A stretch of DNA of 64,000 bases. It comes from Eledone cirrhosa (lineage: Eukaryota). A model generated the notes under the pieces. It had not been told where the DNA came from. It saw only the letters and a list, made by a program, of their open reading frames with translations, and searched no databases. Both the position numbers and the translations under genes were made by a program. Shown here one piece after another: positions 61,365 through 64,000 of the stretch (position 1 is the first letter of the stretch; every line of letters starts with the position of its first letter). The stretch covers positions 59,768,001 through 59,832,000 of the forward strand of contig OZ024748.1 of assembly GCA_964016885.1 (NCBI GenBank), written 5' to 3'.

Positions 61365-61615
61365 GGTAAGTGTTTCCGTAGAAAAAGGTAAACGAAAATA
61401 GAGTGCTTTATATATTGTACAGAGCTATCCAATTATATAATAGATAACACAATATATTTAATTACCGAAGGTTTCAAGAAACTAGATGATTCTTGCAAGG
61501 AGCATCCAGTTCTTTAATTATTTTGTCTAACGAATGAACTGGATATTCCTTCTAACGATCATTTAGTTTCTTGAAACCTTCTGTAATTAAATAACCATAT
61601 TGTGATGTTTATTAT
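61365..61615. mobile_element. Family L fold-back element
   Basis: Arms 61432-61515 / 61536-61615; CTAACGA...GAAA ccttctg TA. Confidence 0.65.
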
Positions 61616-61760
61616 GTGTTATGTCCTTCGGCAAGACACTTTATTTCACGTTGCTCCTTCTACCCGAATTTGCAACCGATAGATAGTATTAGCTTTTGGA
61701 AATCCCAATGGAAACAGTCTTTCCTCGGTCCGATTTTACGAAAGTCGATCGAATGTCGAT
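61615..61760 (+). mobile_element. Headless CORE-type SINE
   Basis: TGTCCTTCGGCAAGACACTTTATTTCACGTTGCTCC; colinear with 32610-32745. Confidence 0.7.
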
Positions 61761-61797
61761 ATATATATATATATGATATATATATATATATACACAC

Positions 61798-61902
<105 letters not shown>

Positions 61903-61933
61903 AACATATATATATATACATATATATATATAC

Positions 61934-62165
<232 letters not shown>

Positions 62166-62177
62166 ATATATATATAC

Positions 62178-62319
<142 letters not shown>

Positions 62320-62441
62320 CTATATATATATGTATATATATATTTATTGACAGCATGTAAAAATCGACCAGATATACAGTCAACCAAACACAATTAGGCG
62401 TAAAAATTGAACTTAGAAGAATTGTGTACATACCAAATTAC

Positions 62442-62513
62442 CTCTACCATGGTTTCATTCGTATTTTAAGACATCCGATAACGGAATGTCTAGAGTTTCG
62501 GAATCATCAGGAG
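62442..62513 (-). ncRNA. Canonical type I hammerhead with palindromic stem III
   Basis: ctc CTGATGA ttc...agacattccg-ttat-cggatgtct...gaat GAAA ccatgg TA gag; ~100 nt from (TA)n. Confidence 0.75.
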
Positions 62514-62753
62514 CGAACTAAAAATTAGACATTTAACTTTCCAAAGTGATCGCGCCAAAAATACATTCAAAAATGGCTAAGAATCGTTACGAGGCAGCGG
62601 TCAAGTTAGAAAGGATGTGATTAGTTGCTTACAGCGGGTAGGCTTAATGCTAGAAAGCGCAGCCTAATACCGCCAAATTGTATCTCAACCTAACGGGAGA
62701 TTATTACATATAAATGTTTACATACATATATATAAAAAGTCGTAGATATATAT

Positions 62754-62890
62754 GTGTTTTGCAACAGGTCACGTTGTGGCTCAATGAAAAATTAATAAAT
62801 TAAACAATCAGAGCTATATATCATAAAATATGTCTTTAGAATCACTAGATATAATATATACCATTTCCTCTCCCAATTAGCATAATTAAT
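62754..62890 (-). mobile_element. Family G 3' end
   Basis: Reverse complement of 35200-35335. Confidence 0.75.
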
Positions 62891-62900
62891 ATATATATAT

Positions 62901-63060
62901 ATTTAGGTTTGTTGGTTCACCACTGGATAGAACTGGTCATTCCATATTTCGAAGACCTGATGATGTCACCGGATTCTTACTGAACCCTGTCATGGAAACG
63001 ATCATAGTAACCTTTTAAGGAATTATACCAGACCAGACCAGCCTCCTGTTATTTTATAAT
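62901..63060. mobile_element. (TA)n-flanked insert with hammerhead candidate at 62954-63009 (plus)
   Basis: gac CTGATGA ... GAAA cgatca TA gt; left end shared with 4848-4912. Confidence 0.55.
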
Positions 63061-63105
63061 ATATATATATTGGAAAATGTGTGTGATTCTTGGTAGAGTT
63101 AGGTA

Positions 63106-63436
<331 letters not shown>

Positions 63437-63561
63437 TTTTGAATTGAGTTTGAATTATTTTCCCACATCTTACGTTAACTATTTTTCCATTTTGACGCTA
63501 TAGTCACTTATATATTATGGAATACTGTTGGCTTCTTGCTACAATAATTTCTATACTTTTC

Positions 63562-63608
<47 letters not shown>

Positions 63609-64000
63609 CATAAAAGGAAAAAAATTACGATGAATTTTTTTAAATGTTCGGGACCCCGAAACAACTAGCGCAGGGCCTTATTTGTCCTAAACCCGGCAAT
63701 TCTTTACAAACTTGTTATCTAAACACCTGTGATTACTAAGTACCATGATTTTTAGGAAGGTAGAATACAACTGTAATAATGATGATTCTACATTAGAGTT
63801 AATACGTTGGAGATAAGTAGATAGTCACACTAATGTAATATAATGGTGAGGGTAATTATCTTGATGATGATGATGATGATGGTGATTATGACGATCAGGG
63901 GGATGATGATGATGATGATGATGACGATGATGATGACGATGATGATGATGGTGATGATGATGATGATGATGATGAGCATGATAATAATGATGATGATGAT

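Overview
AT-rich, microsatellite-saturated eukaryotic DNA. It is most likely from an octopod cephalopod, inferred from recurrent SINE motifs such as TTTATCGACCCCGTAAGGATGAAAGGCAAAGTTAACCTCGGCGG and the CCAGCATGGCC...GTAAAAGAGTAAAAGAG tail. I can support no intact protein-coding gene, and nearly all listed ORFs are translated simple repeats. Ordinary content includes tRNA/CORE-type SINEs, RTE and L1/Tx1 LINE fragments, a deleted mariner, minisatellites and a 200-N gap. The main signal is a dense set of about 12-15 mutually dissimilar short elements inserted into (TA)n tracts. They are usually built as fold-back hairpins, and most carry a type I hammerhead ribozyme core (CUGANGA...GAAA...NUH). 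I count about 18 near-canonical cores by eye, with stem covariation between copies and often palindromic stem III. One copy keeps the C-terminal GIY-YIG motif of a Penelope-like element (RTIFTLQTHTPPGLN), which links the set to Penelope-like retrotransposons. Some hairpins join two different families, and some carry captured local DNA in the loop. All coordinates and folds were read by eye and are approximate; ribozyme activity is inferred, not shown.
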